A stretch of 64,000 bases of DNA from assembly GCA_965250285.1 (NCBI GenBank), contig OZ252299.1:4960001-5024000 (forward strand), read 5' to 3'. Each line of letters starts with the position of its first letter. The first letter of the stretch is position 1. The stretch comes from Myxococcota bacterium (lineage in GTDB: Bacteria; Myxococcota_A; UBA9160; UBA4427). This document shows, piece by piece, positions 31,196 to 41,036 of the stretch. A program made the translations under genes and the position numbers. The notes under the pieces were generated by a model that saw nothing but the letters and a program-made list of their open reading frames with translations, ran no database searches and had not been told where the DNA came from.

Positions 31196-31624
31196 TTGGA
31201 TCTCGAGTCGCGACTGGCGGACCAGGGCCGAGCCCTGGCCGAGCGCGAGGCGAAGCACGCCGACGCGCTGGTGCGTGCCCGTGCGCTCGCCGATGCGCTG
31301 CACGCGGAGGTCGCCCGCGCGATCGACGCCTATCACCGGGAGACGGCCGAGGCCCCCCAGCTCGCGCTTGCCCTCGGAGACGTGAAGCACGATGACAAGC
31401 ACCTGCACGCGTTCGAGTTCGACGTGCGGCGGGGGCGCGTGCGCGTGATCGTCGTCGTGAAGAGCCGGGGCGAAGCGACGCTCGTCGGGCCCTTCCACAT
31501 GGGCCGCGACGAGGGTCCGTGTCGGCGTGTGCCCTTCAGCGACGACGATGCCGTCGACGACACGCTGCGCGACGCCCTCGGCGATCTGCTGGAGAGCTTT
31601 CTCGAAGAGGCGACGGCCCGCTGA
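31196..31624 (+). CDS. hypothetical protein
   Basis: GGAGGA RBS plus TTG; coding-like codon bias; TGATG coupling to the next gene. Confidence 0.7.
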   Translation: MDLESRLADQGRALAEREAKHADALVRARALADALHAEVARAIDAYHRETAEAPQLALALGDVKHDDKHLHAFEFDVRRGRVRVIVVVKSRGEATLVGPFHMGRDEGPCRRVPFSDDDAVDDTLRDALGDLLESFLEEATAR

Positions 31625-32265
31625 TGTCGGTGCCGACCTCGTCGACGCACGCGATCGAACACGTGACGCACGTGCGTGTCGGCACGCTCAACCCGCCCAA
31701 GCTCGAAGCCGTGCGCAGCGCGCTGGTCGCGTTCGCGCCGGCGGTGGCCGTCGAGGGCGTCGCCGTCGAGAGCGGCGTACCCGACCAGCCCGTTGGTTTC
31801 GACGAGATCGTGGCCGGCGCGCGGGAGCGCGCGCGCGCCGCGTTCGCGAGTGACGCATGCGATCTGGCCGTCGGCATCGAGGACGGCCTCGTTTCGATCC
31901 CGGCGCTCGGCGCCGACGCTGTGAACGTCGGCGCGGCGGCGGTCAGTGACGGGGTGCGTACCTCGGTGGGGCTGTCTTCGGGCTTCGCGTACCCGCCCGG
32001 CTGCGCGCGGCCTGCGCTCGAACAGCGCGAGCCCATTGGCGGTCTCTTCGATGCGCTGATGGGCGCCGACGATCACGGCGCACCGAGCGCGCTCTCGCAG
32101 GGCAACATCGGTCGGCTGACCGGAGGCGTGCTGACACGCGCCGAGTACGGCCGCCATGCCGTGCTCTGCGCGCTGGTGCGATTCCTCCATCCCGACCTGT
32201 ATGACGCCGCCGAGACCGGCGTGTCGAACGGGCACGACACCGGGAGAGCGCTCGATGCCGAGTGA
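31624..32265 (+). CDS. yjjX: inosine/xanthosine triphosphatase (YjjX/DUF84)
   Basis: VGTLNPPKLEAV, SGVPDQP, GARERA, VGIEDG, GNIGRLTGG..R. Confidence 0.85.
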   Translation: MSVPTSSTHAIEHVTHVRVGTLNPPKLEAVRSALVAFAPAVAVEGVAVESGVPDQPVGFDEIVAGARERARAAFASDACDLAVGIEDGLVSIPALGADAVNVGAAAVSDGVRTSVGLSSGFAYPPGCARPALEQREPIGGLFDALMGADDHGAPSALSQGNIGRLTGGVLTRAEYGRHAVLCALVRFLHPDLYDAAETGVSNGHDTGRALDAE

Positions 32266-32333
32266 CTCGGTCTCGATCCCGTGTCAGGACGATCCGCTCG
32301 CGTTCTCATGCGCGGGTGCCCGGAGAGTGCCCG

Positions 32334-33680
32334 ATGCCTAGCGATTCGAAGCCGATCGAGAGCGACGAAGATCTGCTCGCCTGGTTCCGCGCCGGTGAGA
32401 CCCCCCTCGAAGACTCGAAGGTGGGCACCGAGCACGAGAAGATCGGGCTCTACGCCGACACGCTCGAGCGCGTGCCCTACGAAGGACCGCGTGGGATCGG
32501 TGCGCTGCTCGAGGCGGTGCGTGAGCGCGTCGGTTGGGCGCCGATCATGGAGGGCCCGAACCTGATCGGGCTGAAGCAGGACGGCGCCTCGATCACGCTC
32601 GAGCCCGGCGGTCAGATCGAGCTCTCGGGCGCGCCGCTGCGCACGGCGCGCGACACGTGTCGCGAGTTCAACGCGCACGTCGATCTGCTGAACGAAACGA
32701 GCGAGTCGTTCGGGATCGTCTGGCTCGGGATCGGCGCCGATCCGGTGCATGCGGTGCCGGAGATCCCGGTCATGCCGAAGGCCCGCTACGAGATCATGCG
32801 AGCGTACATGCCGAAGCGGGGCACGCTCGGTCTCGACATGATGCACGCGACCGCGACGGTGCAGGCCAACTTCGACTATGTGAACGAGGCCGACATGGCC
32901 GAGAAGATGCGCATGGCGATGGGGATCGGTCCGATCGCGAGCGCGCTCTTCGCCAACTCGCCGATCGCGGCCGGGCACGAGTCGGGCTTCGTCTCGAAGC
33001 GCGTGCACGTATGGCGCGACACCGATCCGGATCGCTGCGGGATGCTCGAGTTCGTCTTCGATGAGGGCTTCGGCTACCACCGCTACCTCGAGTGGGCGCT
33101 CGACGTGCCGATGTACTTCATCGTACGCGACGGCGTGTATCGCGCGGCCCACGAGGTGACGTTCCGGCAGTTCATCGAGTCGGGCTTTCGCGGCGAGCGC
33201 GCGACGATCGCCGATTGGGACACGCACCTGACGACGCTGTTTCCCGAGGTGCGGCTCAAGCAGATCATCGAGGTCCGCGGCGCCGACAGCGTGCCCCGCG
33301 ATCTGATCTGCGCGCTGCCCGCTCTCTACAAGGGCGTGTTCTACGACGATCAGGCGCGCCGGGAGGCGATCGACCTGGTGTCGGATTGGGGCCCGGCCGA
33401 TCGCAAGGAGGCCCTCGAACGCGTCGCCCTCGAAGGGCTCGGCGCTCAGGTCGCCGGCGAACCGATCCTCGAGCGGGCACGCGCACTGGTCGAGATCTCG
33501 GCGCGCGGTCTGGATCGCCTGGTCGCGACGGGGCTCTCGGAGGAGGACGAGGACGTCTTTCTCGAGCCGCTTCGGGCGATCGTCTCAGACGGTCGGAGCC
33601 CGGGTCGGCAGATGCTCGACCTGTGGCGGGGCGAGTGGGAGGGCGACATGCGGGAGTTGATCGAGTACGCGCGATACTGA
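32334..33680 (+). CDS. gshA: glutamate--cysteine ligase (GCS2, plant/alphaproteobacterial type)
   Basis: GTEHEK, TLEPGGQIELSG, MPKARY, QANFD, ALFANSP, TLFPEVRLK, EVRGAD. Confidence 0.92.
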   Translation: MPSDSKPIESDEDLLAWFRAGETPLEDSKVGTEHEKIGLYADTLERVPYEGPRGIGALLEAVRERVGWAPIMEGPNLIGLKQDGASITLEPGGQIELSGAPLRTARDTCREFNAHVDLLNETSESFGIVWLGIGADPVHAVPEIPVMPKARYEIMRAYMPKRGTLGLDMMHATATVQANFDYVNEADMAEKMRMAMGIGPIASALFANSPIAAGHESGFVSKRVHVWRDTDPDRCGMLEFVFDEGFGYHRYLEWALDVPMYFIVRDGVYRAAHEVTFRQFIESGFRGERATIADWDTHLTTLFPEVRLKQIIEVRGADSVPRDLICALPALYKGVFYDDQARREAIDLVSDWGPADRKEALERVALEGLGAQVAGEPILERARALVEISARGLDRLVATGLSEEDEDVFLEPLRAIVSDGRSPGRQMLDLWRGEWEGDMRELIEYARY

Positions 33681-33710
33681 TAGTCTCCCGCCCCCACCCC
33701 GAGGAACCCC

Positions 33711-34271
33711 ATGCCGAATCGACCCATGAAGGTGAGCTTCGCGCTCGACGACCAGGACATCGCGTACTTCCGGTCTCGCTTTCGAAAGGCGAAGCGCGTC
33801 GCGCGCGACCAGGACGAGGGCGAAGTCATCGATCAGGCGCGCAGCCTCATCGCGTCGATTCGCGCGACGAAGAAGGCGCCGAGCTTCGTCCGCGAGTCGG
33901 TGGTCGCGATCGAAGATCTCGTCGAGCTGATCGAGGACGATCGGTACCGAGCGCCGAAGTCGGTGACGAGCAAGGTGATCGCGGCGCTGGCCTACTTCGC
34001 GAATCCCGACGACCTGATCCCCGACGAGATCCCGGTGCTCGGCTTCCTCGACGACGCGATCATGATCAAGATCGTCGAGAGCGAGTTCCGGCACGAGCTG
34101 GTCGCGTACCGCAAGTTCCGGCGCTTCGAGAAGGGCGCCGAGCAGCGCCCCTGGACGAAGGTGGCGAGCGCCAGACTGCCCGGGCGCCTCGAGGAGCAGC
34201 GCAAGAAGCTGCGGGCCGAGGTCGACCGAAAGCAGAAGGCGGACGCAGAGAAGGGCAGCGGAATCCTCTAG
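33711..34271 (+). CDS. YkvA/DUF1232 family protein
   Basis: ALAYFANPDDLIPDEIPVLGFLDDA motif. Confidence 0.88.
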   Translation: MPNRPMKVSFALDDQDIAYFRSRFRKAKRVARDQDEGEVIDQARSLIASIRATKKAPSFVRESVVAIEDLVELIEDDRYRAPKSVTSKVIAALAYFANPDDLIPDEIPVLGFLDDAIMIKIVESEFRHELVAYRKFRRFEKGAEQRPWTKVASARLPGRLEEQRKKLRAEVDRKQKADAEKGSGIL

Positions 34272-34359
34272 GATTGTCGGGTCGGCCGCCGACGGCTCGG
34301 GGCCGAGAGGTACACCGGCAAGGCCACTTGGCACGCGCCCACGAAGGGCTGGTTTCGAC

Positions 34360-35508
34360 ATGTCGGGATCGGATCTCCCCCGCATCGTAGTGGTGGACGA
34401 CGAGGAGGCAATCCTCGAGACGATGTCGTTCACCTTCATGGACGAGTACGAGGTGCTGACGACGACCGACGCCCACGAGGCGCTGCGGCTCGTCGGCGAG
34501 AATCAGCCCGTCCACGTCGTGATCACCGATCAGCGCATGCCCGGCATGACGGGTGTCGAGCTGTTGAAGGCCGTCTACGAGCAGTACCCCGAGACCATGC
34601 GCATCATGCTGACCGGCTTCGCCGACGGCGACGCGACCCTCAAGGCGATCAACGAGGGGCATGTCTATGCGTACATCAGCAAGCCCTGGGAACCCGAAGA
34701 GCTGAAGCAGGTCGTTCGGCGAGCCACCGAGCACTCGAAGCTGGCCGCCGAGAACCGTCGACTCGTGGGCGACCTCGAGGGCGCCGTGTCGATCATGCAG
34801 GCGGTGATGGACCGACTCGAGATGGGCGCCATCGCCATCGACCGCGATCACCTGGTGCGCGCGATCAATCAGCCTGCGCTGGGTCTGCTGCGCTGCAGCG
34901 GCGCCGATCCGATCGGGCGCCCGATCGACGATCTGCTCGGCTCGGTCGGGCTCGCCGATCTCGGCGCTTCGGTGCGCGGGCTTCAGGAAGAGCACGGCAG
35001 CTTCGAAGACGTCGATCTGCGGACCGACGGCAAGGGGCATCAGATTCGAATCAGCAGCGAGAACCTGCCGAGTGAGAACGGGGGGTCGCTCGGCCGGGTC
35101 ATCCTCTTCAAGGAGATCAGCCACGAGCCGCTGCGCCGCAAGCTCGAAGAGCTCGTCGCGGGCGTGGTGAAGGGCGACGACCCGACGCGCGAGACGCTCG
35201 AGGCAACGCTCGAGTCGCTGCACTCGCTCGGCAGCGACGTCAAACAGAGCGGCATCGACTCGATCGGCATGTCGACGCTGCTCGAGCGCGTGTCTCGCAG
35301 CCAGACGGCGATCCAGAACTGGCTCGACGTCGACGATGCGCTGGTGAGCAATGACTTCCCCGACGCACAGCTGCTGATCGACCGCATGCGCGTCGCGACC
35401 CAGCGCTGGCCGTACGCCGATGAGCTGCCCGAGCCGGTGCGCGAGCTCGCCCGCCGCGTCGAGGCGTACTACGAGAGCGGGGAGAACCCGCGGCAGCGGG
35501 TGCTCTGA
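34360..35508 (+). CDS. response regulator with PAS domain and unknown helical C-terminal domain
   Basis: VVVDDE, ITDQRMPG, YISKPW; PAS (INQPALGLL..IGRPI..VILFKEIS); no recognisable output domain. Confidence 0.85.
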   Translation: MSGSDLPRIVVVDDEEAILETMSFTFMDEYEVLTTTDAHEALRLVGENQPVHVVITDQRMPGMTGVELLKAVYEQYPETMRIMLTGFADGDATLKAINEGHVYAYISKPWEPEELKQVVRRATEHSKLAAENRRLVGDLEGAVSIMQAVMDRLEMGAIAIDRDHLVRAINQPALGLLRCSGADPIGRPIDDLLGSVGLADLGASVRGLQEEHGSFEDVDLRTDGKGHQIRISSENLPSENGGSLGRVILFKEISHEPLRRKLEELVAGVVKGDDPTRETLEATLESLHSLGSDVKQSGIDSIGMSTLLERVSRSQTAIQNWLDVDDALVSNDFPDAQLLIDRMRVATQRWPYADELPEPVRELARRVEAYYESGENPRQRVL

Positions 35509-37199
35509 TGGTCGAGGCGACGGCGCTCGCAGAACCGGCACCGGCGGCGGCCCAGCCCGCCGGTCTCGATCGGCTCGAGCTCCGCATCGAGCGTCTCAAG
35601 GTCACGTTCCGATTCACCTTCGCCTTTCACGCGCGCGAGGTGCGCTTCGAGCGCGACGACGGCACCGGCTTCGAGCGCGTCTTCCCCGAGACGTTCTCGT
35701 TTCACGCGCACCGACACGATCCGACCGAGCTGCTGCTGCAGCTCGAAGACCTGATCTCGAAGCCGCGGCTGATCGATCGCCGCGCCAATCGACGGGACGC
35801 CCAGCAGCTCGTGGCGCGGCTGCTGGCCGAGGCGCCGCTCTATCTGAACGAGATGACCGACTCGCTCGAGGCCTCGGGCCGCCTGCAGGGTGCGGCGCTG
35901 TCGCGCATGCACCTCGACGTCGCGCTGCTCTCGCAGATCCTCGGGCGGTTCATCCAAACCCACGATCTGCCCGACCACCGCCGGCTGCGGGTCTCGGGCT
36001 GGGTGCTCGAACGTCGCCAGCTGATCTCGCTGTCGCGCGTCATGCGAGAGCGCGTCGAGCCGGCGTATCTCGAGGCCTACGTGCGCGGCGACGTCGAGCC
36101 CGTCGATCCGAGCGACGACCCGAGCGAGAGCGGCTTCTTTCACATCGTCGAATCGGGCGAGCAGGACGCAGTCAATCGCATCATCGTGCGCATGACCGAG
36201 CGTGCGTTCTACGTGTGGCTGGGGGTGTGCCTCGACGAAGAGAACCAGGCGTTCGAGAAGGAGGGTTCGCCCTTCGAATCGCGCGAACGCGAGGTGCTCT
36301 ACGCGATTCGCAACGAGCCAGGCGAAACGGTGCGGCGGGGCGACGAGCTGGTGCCGTTCCTGCGCCGTCGCGACCGCGACTCGAAGCGGGTGCTCGGCCG
36401 GCTCGAGCGCTGGTTCCTGCGCCAGTACGACATCCCGAATGCGTCCGCGATGATCCACCACGCGGCGTATCTCGACTCGGGCGTCGACGATGGTCAGGCG
36501 TCGCTCACGTGGCACACGCAGGGGATCCACCTCGCGCTGCTGCTCGGTCTCGCTGCGCCGTTCGTCGGCGCGACCCTTGCCTACAACCGCGCGCCCGGTT
36601 TCTTCGATCTGCTCTTCTCGGCCGAGGTGTTCCTCGTGAACGCCATGGCGGTGTGGTTTCTGCTCTACCGCTTCTGCCTCAAGCGAGACCTCTCGTTCTT
36701 CCATGCCTCGGTGCCGCGGATCGCCGCCGGCATCATCGTCGGCTACCTGCCCGTGTTCCTGATCGACGAGGTCTGGGATCTCGCGAGCCGATCCGTTCTC
36801 ACGCTGACGACGCTGGTGGGTGCGATCGGGCTGGTCACGCTGCTCTACATCTATGTCGAGGTGCAGCGCAGGCTCGGTGACGCCGATCTGGCGTTTCGCC
36901 GTGCGCGGGGCCTCTTTCTGCTGGGCGTCGTGCAGGCGACGGCGGTCGGCATCGCGATGACCAGCCTCGTCGGTCAGTTCATGGTGAGCCGCAACTGGTC
37001 GCCGGGGCCGATCGAGTTGCCGATCGAGGCGCTTCGACCGAGCCTCGAGCCGATGGTCGGCGCGCTGCCTCCGATCGTGGGGGTCGAGCCCTTCTACGGG
37101 TTCCCGCCCGTGCTGCTCGTGATGACCTTCCTCTCCTTCTTCATTGGCGTGTTCCTGCAGCTGATGTGGGAGGAGTTGCCGATCACCGAGCCGCTCTAG
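35508..37199 (+). CDS. hypothetical membrane protein (soluble N-domain plus about 6 TM helices)
   Basis: 563-aa ORF with strong GC3 bias, coupled by TGATG to the upstream gene; hydrophobic C-terminal segments. Confidence 0.8.
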   Translation: MVEATALAEPAPAAAQPAGLDRLELRIERLKVTFRFTFAFHAREVRFERDDGTGFERVFPETFSFHAHRHDPTELLLQLEDLISKPRLIDRRANRRDAQQLVARLLAEAPLYLNEMTDSLEASGRLQGAALSRMHLDVALLSQILGRFIQTHDLPDHRRLRVSGWVLERRQLISLSRVMRERVEPAYLEAYVRGDVEPVDPSDDPSESGFFHIVESGEQDAVNRIIVRMTERAFYVWLGVCLDEENQAFEKEGSPFESREREVLYAIRNEPGETVRRGDELVPFLRRRDRDSKRVLGRLERWFLRQYDIPNASAMIHHAAYLDSGVDDGQASLTWHTQGIHLALLLGLAAPFVGATLAYNRAPGFFDLLFSAEVFLVNAMAVWFLLYRFCLKRDLSFFHASVPRIAAGIIVGYLPVFLIDEVWDLASRSVLTLTTLVGAIGLVTLLYIYVEVQRRLGDADLAFRRARGLFLLGVVQATAVGIAMTSLVGQFMVSRNWSPGPIELPIEALRPSLEPMVGALPPIVGVEPFYGFPPVLLVMTFLSFFIGVFLQLMWEELPITEPL

Positions 37200-37500
37200 C
37201 GCCCAGGTGCGGACGAGGCGTGAGCGACACATCCCGCCCGAATGCACTGAACCTGCACGTCCCAGCGAACGTCCGTTCTGGCGGCGCGGCTCGTATGGCG
37301 CCCCCGGCGGTGGCGATGGGATGGGGCGGTCCGTACCATGACGCCGCGCGGCGCGCTCCGGCATCGAACCCGACCCCCCTGCCCGCCCGTGCGATGGCCG
37401 CATCCCCGACTCATCGTGCCCTCAGGCGTCTGGGCACCCGATCGGGGCTCGGGGTTGGCTCGAACTTCGATGCAGGGGTGTCGAGCGGAAGGAAAGAGGA

Positions 37501-38442
37501 TTGGCCGACGAAGTCCAGCACACCAAGGTGCTCATCATCGGGAGTGGCCCGGCCGGCTACACGGCCGCGATCTACGCCGCGCGCGCGAACCTCGAGCCGA
37601 TCATGCTCGCGGGCCTGACCTTCGGTGGTCAGCTGATGATCACGACCGACGTCGAGAACTTTCCCGGCTATCCCGAAGGCGTAACGGGTCCGGCGATGAT
37701 GGAAGAGCTGCAGAAGCAGGCCGAGCGCTTCGGCACGACGATCCTCTACGAAGACGCGACCACCGTCGACTTCAGCAAGCGCCCCTTCGAGGTGGCGACC
37801 GACAGTGCGCGCTTCACGGCCGATGCCGTGATCATCGCGACCGGCGCCTCGGCGCGCTGGCTGGGGCTCGACAGCGAGAAGCGACTCACGAACTTCGGTG
37901 TGTCCGCGTGCGCCACCTGCGACGGTGCGCTCTACCGCGACAAGCCGATGGTCGTGGTGGGCGGGGGCGACACCGCAGCCGAAGAGGCGCTCTTTCTCAC
38001 GCGCTTCGCGACCAAGGTGACGATGGTGCATCGCCGCGACGAGCTGCGCGCATCGAAGATCATGGCCGACCGGGTCCTGTCGAACGACAAGATCGAGATG
38101 GCCTGGGACTCGGTCGTCGAAGAGATCATGGGTGACGACGTCGTCACCGGTGTCCGTCTCAAGGACGTGAACACGGGTGAGACGCGCGAGCTGCCCGTCG
38201 AAGCGGTCTTCATCGCGATCGGCCACAGCCCGAACACCGCGCTCTTCGAGGGTCAGATCGAGCTCGAAGAGACGGGATACATGAAGGTCGAGCCCGGCAC
38301 GACGCACACGTCGGTCGAGGGCGTCTTTGCGGCGGGCGACATCGCCGACAGCATCTACCGCCAGGCGATTACGGCAGCGGGGACGGGCTGCATGGCCGCA
38401 ATCGACGCCGAGCGGTGGTTGGCCGAGCAGGGGCTGGACTAG
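37501..38442 (+). CDS. trxB: thioredoxin-disulfide reductase
   Basis: IIGSGPAG, GGQL, CATCDG, GGGDTA, HRRD, AAGD; TTG start. Confidence 0.97.
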   Translation: MADEVQHTKVLIIGSGPAGYTAAIYAARANLEPIMLAGLTFGGQLMITTDVENFPGYPEGVTGPAMMEELQKQAERFGTTILYEDATTVDFSKRPFEVATDSARFTADAVIIATGASARWLGLDSEKRLTNFGVSACATCDGALYRDKPMVVVGGGDTAAEEALFLTRFATKVTMVHRRDELRASKIMADRVLSNDKIEMAWDSVVEEIMGDDVVTGVRLKDVNTGETRELPVEAVFIAIGHSPNTALFEGQIELEETGYMKVEPGTTHTSVEGVFAAGDIADSIYRQAITAAGTGCMAAIDAERWLAEQGLD

Positions 38443-38485
38443 ACCGGCCCCGCAAGGCGCAGTGCGAGCAGGAGCGAAGCAGTCG

Positions 38486-39565
38486 ATGGCGCTGACGAAG
38501 GGCATGCTCGAGAGGCTCACCGATCGTTCCACCGACATCGTCTGTGGGACGGATCGCAGAGGCCGCGTCACCTACTACAACGACGGGGCTTCGAAGAGCC
38601 TCGGCTACACCGAGGCCGAGATCCTCGGTGAGTTCGTCGGCCGGCTGTATCCGAGCATCGACGAGGCGCGCCGGGTGGCCGAAGCGATGCGGTCGACCGA
38701 GCACGGCGGGCCGGGCATCGTCGAGACGTTCCGTACGACCTTCCTCGCGAAGAGCGGCGAGCAGATTCCGGTCGCGATCTCGGGCACGCTGCTGCATGAC
38801 GACGACGGCAACGAGAGTGGCACGATCGGCTACGCCAAGGATCTTCGCGAAATCCTCCACAAGGATCAGCTCGCCACCCTGGGTGAGGTGGCGATCGGTC
38901 TCTCGCACGAGATCAACAATCCCCTGGCCGTCATTCTGAATCAGATCGAGCTGCTCGAAGGCGACGTCGCCGATCTCGCGGGCGAGACCGACACCTCGGT
39001 CGAGTGCGAACGCCTCGACGCCGTGCGCCGCGAGGTCGCGCGCATCACCGAGATCCTCGAGCGTCTCGGCGAGATGGTACGGACCGACACCTACGAGACG
39101 ATCAACTACGTCGGGCCCGCGCGCATGATCGACCTGCGCAGCGATCAAGCACGCACGAACCAGGATGACGGTCGTCTCAAGGGGTTGAAGATCCTGGTCG
39201 TCGATGACGACGAGGGCATCTGCCGGACGATGAAGGAGATGCTCTCTTCGGACGGCTGCATCGTGAAGACCGCGAGCGATGGCACCAAGGCGCTCGACCG
39301 GCTCTCCGTCGAGGGCTTCGACCTGATGCTCTCCGATGTCGTCATGCCGAACATGGACGGGCACGAGCTGTACCTGAGGGTGCAGGAGCTCTATCCGAAG
39401 ATGCCGGTCCTGATGATGACCGCGTTCCATTACGACAAGGATCACATCATCAAGCGCAGCCGGGTCGAAGGGCTGCAGGGCGTCATCTTCAAGAAGCCGG
39501 TCGACCCCGCGCGCCTACGCGAAGTGATCGCCGAGACGACGGGTCGCTTGGCCAGCGAAGACTGA
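38486..39565 (+). CDS. PAS-HisKA-receiver protein lacking the HATPase domain
   Basis: PAS; LSHEINNPL H-box; short linker; REC (LVVDDD, LSDVVMP, KKPV); AGGAG RBS. Confidence 0.85.
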   Translation: MALTKGMLERLTDRSTDIVCGTDRRGRVTYYNDGASKSLGYTEAEILGEFVGRLYPSIDEARRVAEAMRSTEHGGPGIVETFRTTFLAKSGEQIPVAISGTLLHDDDGNESGTIGYAKDLREILHKDQLATLGEVAIGLSHEINNPLAVILNQIELLEGDVADLAGETDTSVECERLDAVRREVARITEILERLGEMVRTDTYETINYVGPARMIDLRSDQARTNQDDGRLKGLKILVVDDDEGICRTMKEMLSSDGCIVKTASDGTKALDRLSVEGFDLMLSDVVMPNMDGHELYLRVQELYPKMPVLMMTAFHYDKDHIIKRSRVEGLQGVIFKKPVDPARLREVIAETTGRLASED

Positions 39566-39584
39566 ACGCCGGTCCCCCCTCCCT

Positions 39585-40280
39585 TCAGACATCGAACGAC
39601 GCACCGGGCGTGAGTCTGGGCGTGCGAGCAAGGCACACGGCGACACCGGGTCGCTCGAGGCCCGCTCGTTCGAGCGCGTCGACGCACGCAGCCAGCGTGG
39701 CGCCCGTCGTCGATACGTCGTCGACCAGCGCGACACGTGGTCGCCCCCCGAGCGCGGGGCGCGCGCGAGGGGTCACCGCGAAGGCCCCTGCCACGTTTGC
39801 TCGGCGGCCCGCGATGCCGAGGCCCTTCTGGGGGCTCGTCGCTCTCACCTTGATGAGCCAGCGCGGATGGCAACGGGCCCCGGTCGCATGGGCGAGCGCG
39901 CGGGCCCAGAGCAGGGACGCGTGGGCCACGCCTCGCCGCGGTGCGCGGCGGACCGGGACGGGGCAGATCACGTCGACGTCGTCGATTCGCTCCGCGCAGC
40001 GCAGGGCCAGCACGCGCAGCAGGGACCGCGCCGGTCCGTCGATGCCGACGAGGCCCGGTCTCGGGTACTTCACGCGGCGCACCCACTCTGCGCCCTCGCC
40101 GAGATAGAGCAGCGGAGACCAGAGCGGCCAACGCGTCCCGCGGTGCACGACGTGGCATCGCACGTCGATCAGCGAGGCGCAGCGACGGCACAGCGCCGAG
40201 GTGTACGGGGGATGGGCCTCGCCCGGGGCGATCGGCTGGGCGCATCCGAGGCAGCGGGACGGAGCCAGCAGGTCGAGCAC
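39585..40280 (-). CDS. comF: ComF family phosphoribosyltransferase-fold protein
   Basis: CLGC..LCRRC zinc ribbon, PVP, QKGL..RRANV, LVDDVSTTGAT. Start uncertain (40280 to 40436). Confidence 0.82.
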   Translation of the reverse strand: MLDLLAPSRCLGCAQPIAPGEAHPPYTSALCRRCASLIDVRCHVVHRGTRWPLWSPLLYLGEGAEWVRRVKYPRPGLVGIDGPARSLLRVLALRCAERIDDVDVICPVPVRRAPRRGVAHASLLWARALAHATGARCHPRWLIKVRATSPQKGLGIAGRRANVAGAFAVTPRARPALGGRPRVALVDDVSTTGATLAACVDALERAGLERPGVAVCLARTPRLTPGASFDV

Positions 40281-40526
40281 ACCGAGCCACCTCGCGCTGC
40301 TCTTCGTGTTCTTGCTGCTCGTCTCGCTCGTTCGGCTCGTCTCTTTCTTCGGGCTCGGCGGGCGCGACTGTCTCGTGTGTCTCGGCCGGGAATGCAGCGG
40401 TTCGTGCGCGGGCATGGCGACGGCTCCGCGGGACACCGGGGCAGTGTTGCACGCGATCCGCGCGCCGTGCGCGTCAAGACCGGTCGTGATGCGGTGGCGG
40501 CGTCGCCCGCTCGCTCGGCTTTGTTG

Positions 40527-40637
40527 GCCCGCGTTCGCCCGCGTTCGCCCGCGTTCGCCCGCGTTCGGCGGGGTTCGCCCGCGTTCGCCTGGGATCGCCT
40601 GCGTTCGGCTCCGTTCGGTCGCGGGGCGCCGCGTTCG
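40527..40637. repeat. 10-bp tandem repeat (GCGTTCGCCC), 3-4 perfect plus several degenerate copies
   Basis: Visible directly between rsfS and comF. Confidence 0.85.
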
Positions 40638-40643
40638 CGTCGC

Positions 40644-41036
40644 TCAGGCCGGTTCGGCGAGCGCCTCTGCTTCGATGCCGAGATCGGCCGTCAGGTCGAG
40701 ACGCGGGGCGTCGGCCCAGAGCCGCTCGAGGTCGAAGTGTTCGCGGGCCTCGGGGTCGAACACGTGAATGACCACGTCGTTGCCGTCGATCAGCACCCAG
40801 CGCCCGTCGTCGAGGCCCTCGTGACCGAGCAGCTCTTCACCGGCGTCGCGCAGCGCGTGAATCACCGCGTCGGCGACCGAGCGGACGTGGCGGTCGGACC
40901 GGCCCGACACCACGAGAAACGTGTCGGCGAACGAGCTGACTTCGCGCATGTCGAGCACGATCGGGTCTTCGCCCTTGAGCTCGAGCGCGGCCTCCACGAT
41001 GAGGCGCGCTTTGTCGATGCGACCGAGATCGGTCAT
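40644..41036 (-). CDS. rsfS: ribosome silencing factor
   Basis: KGED..LD, DTFLVVSG.S.RHV, WVLIDG.DVVIHVF, RxHFDLERLW; follows nadD. Confidence 0.95.
   Translation of the reverse strand: MTDLGRIDKARLIVEAALELKGEDPIVLDMREVSSFADTFLVVSGRSDRHVRSVADAVIHALRDAGEELLGHEGLDDGRWVLIDGNDVVIHVFDPEAREHFDLERLWADAPRLDLTADLGIEAEALAEPA

Noticed and set aside
34328..34345. TTGGCACG as a sigma54 promoter before the REC-PAS gene
   Set aside because: Good -24 half, but no GC at the -12 position.
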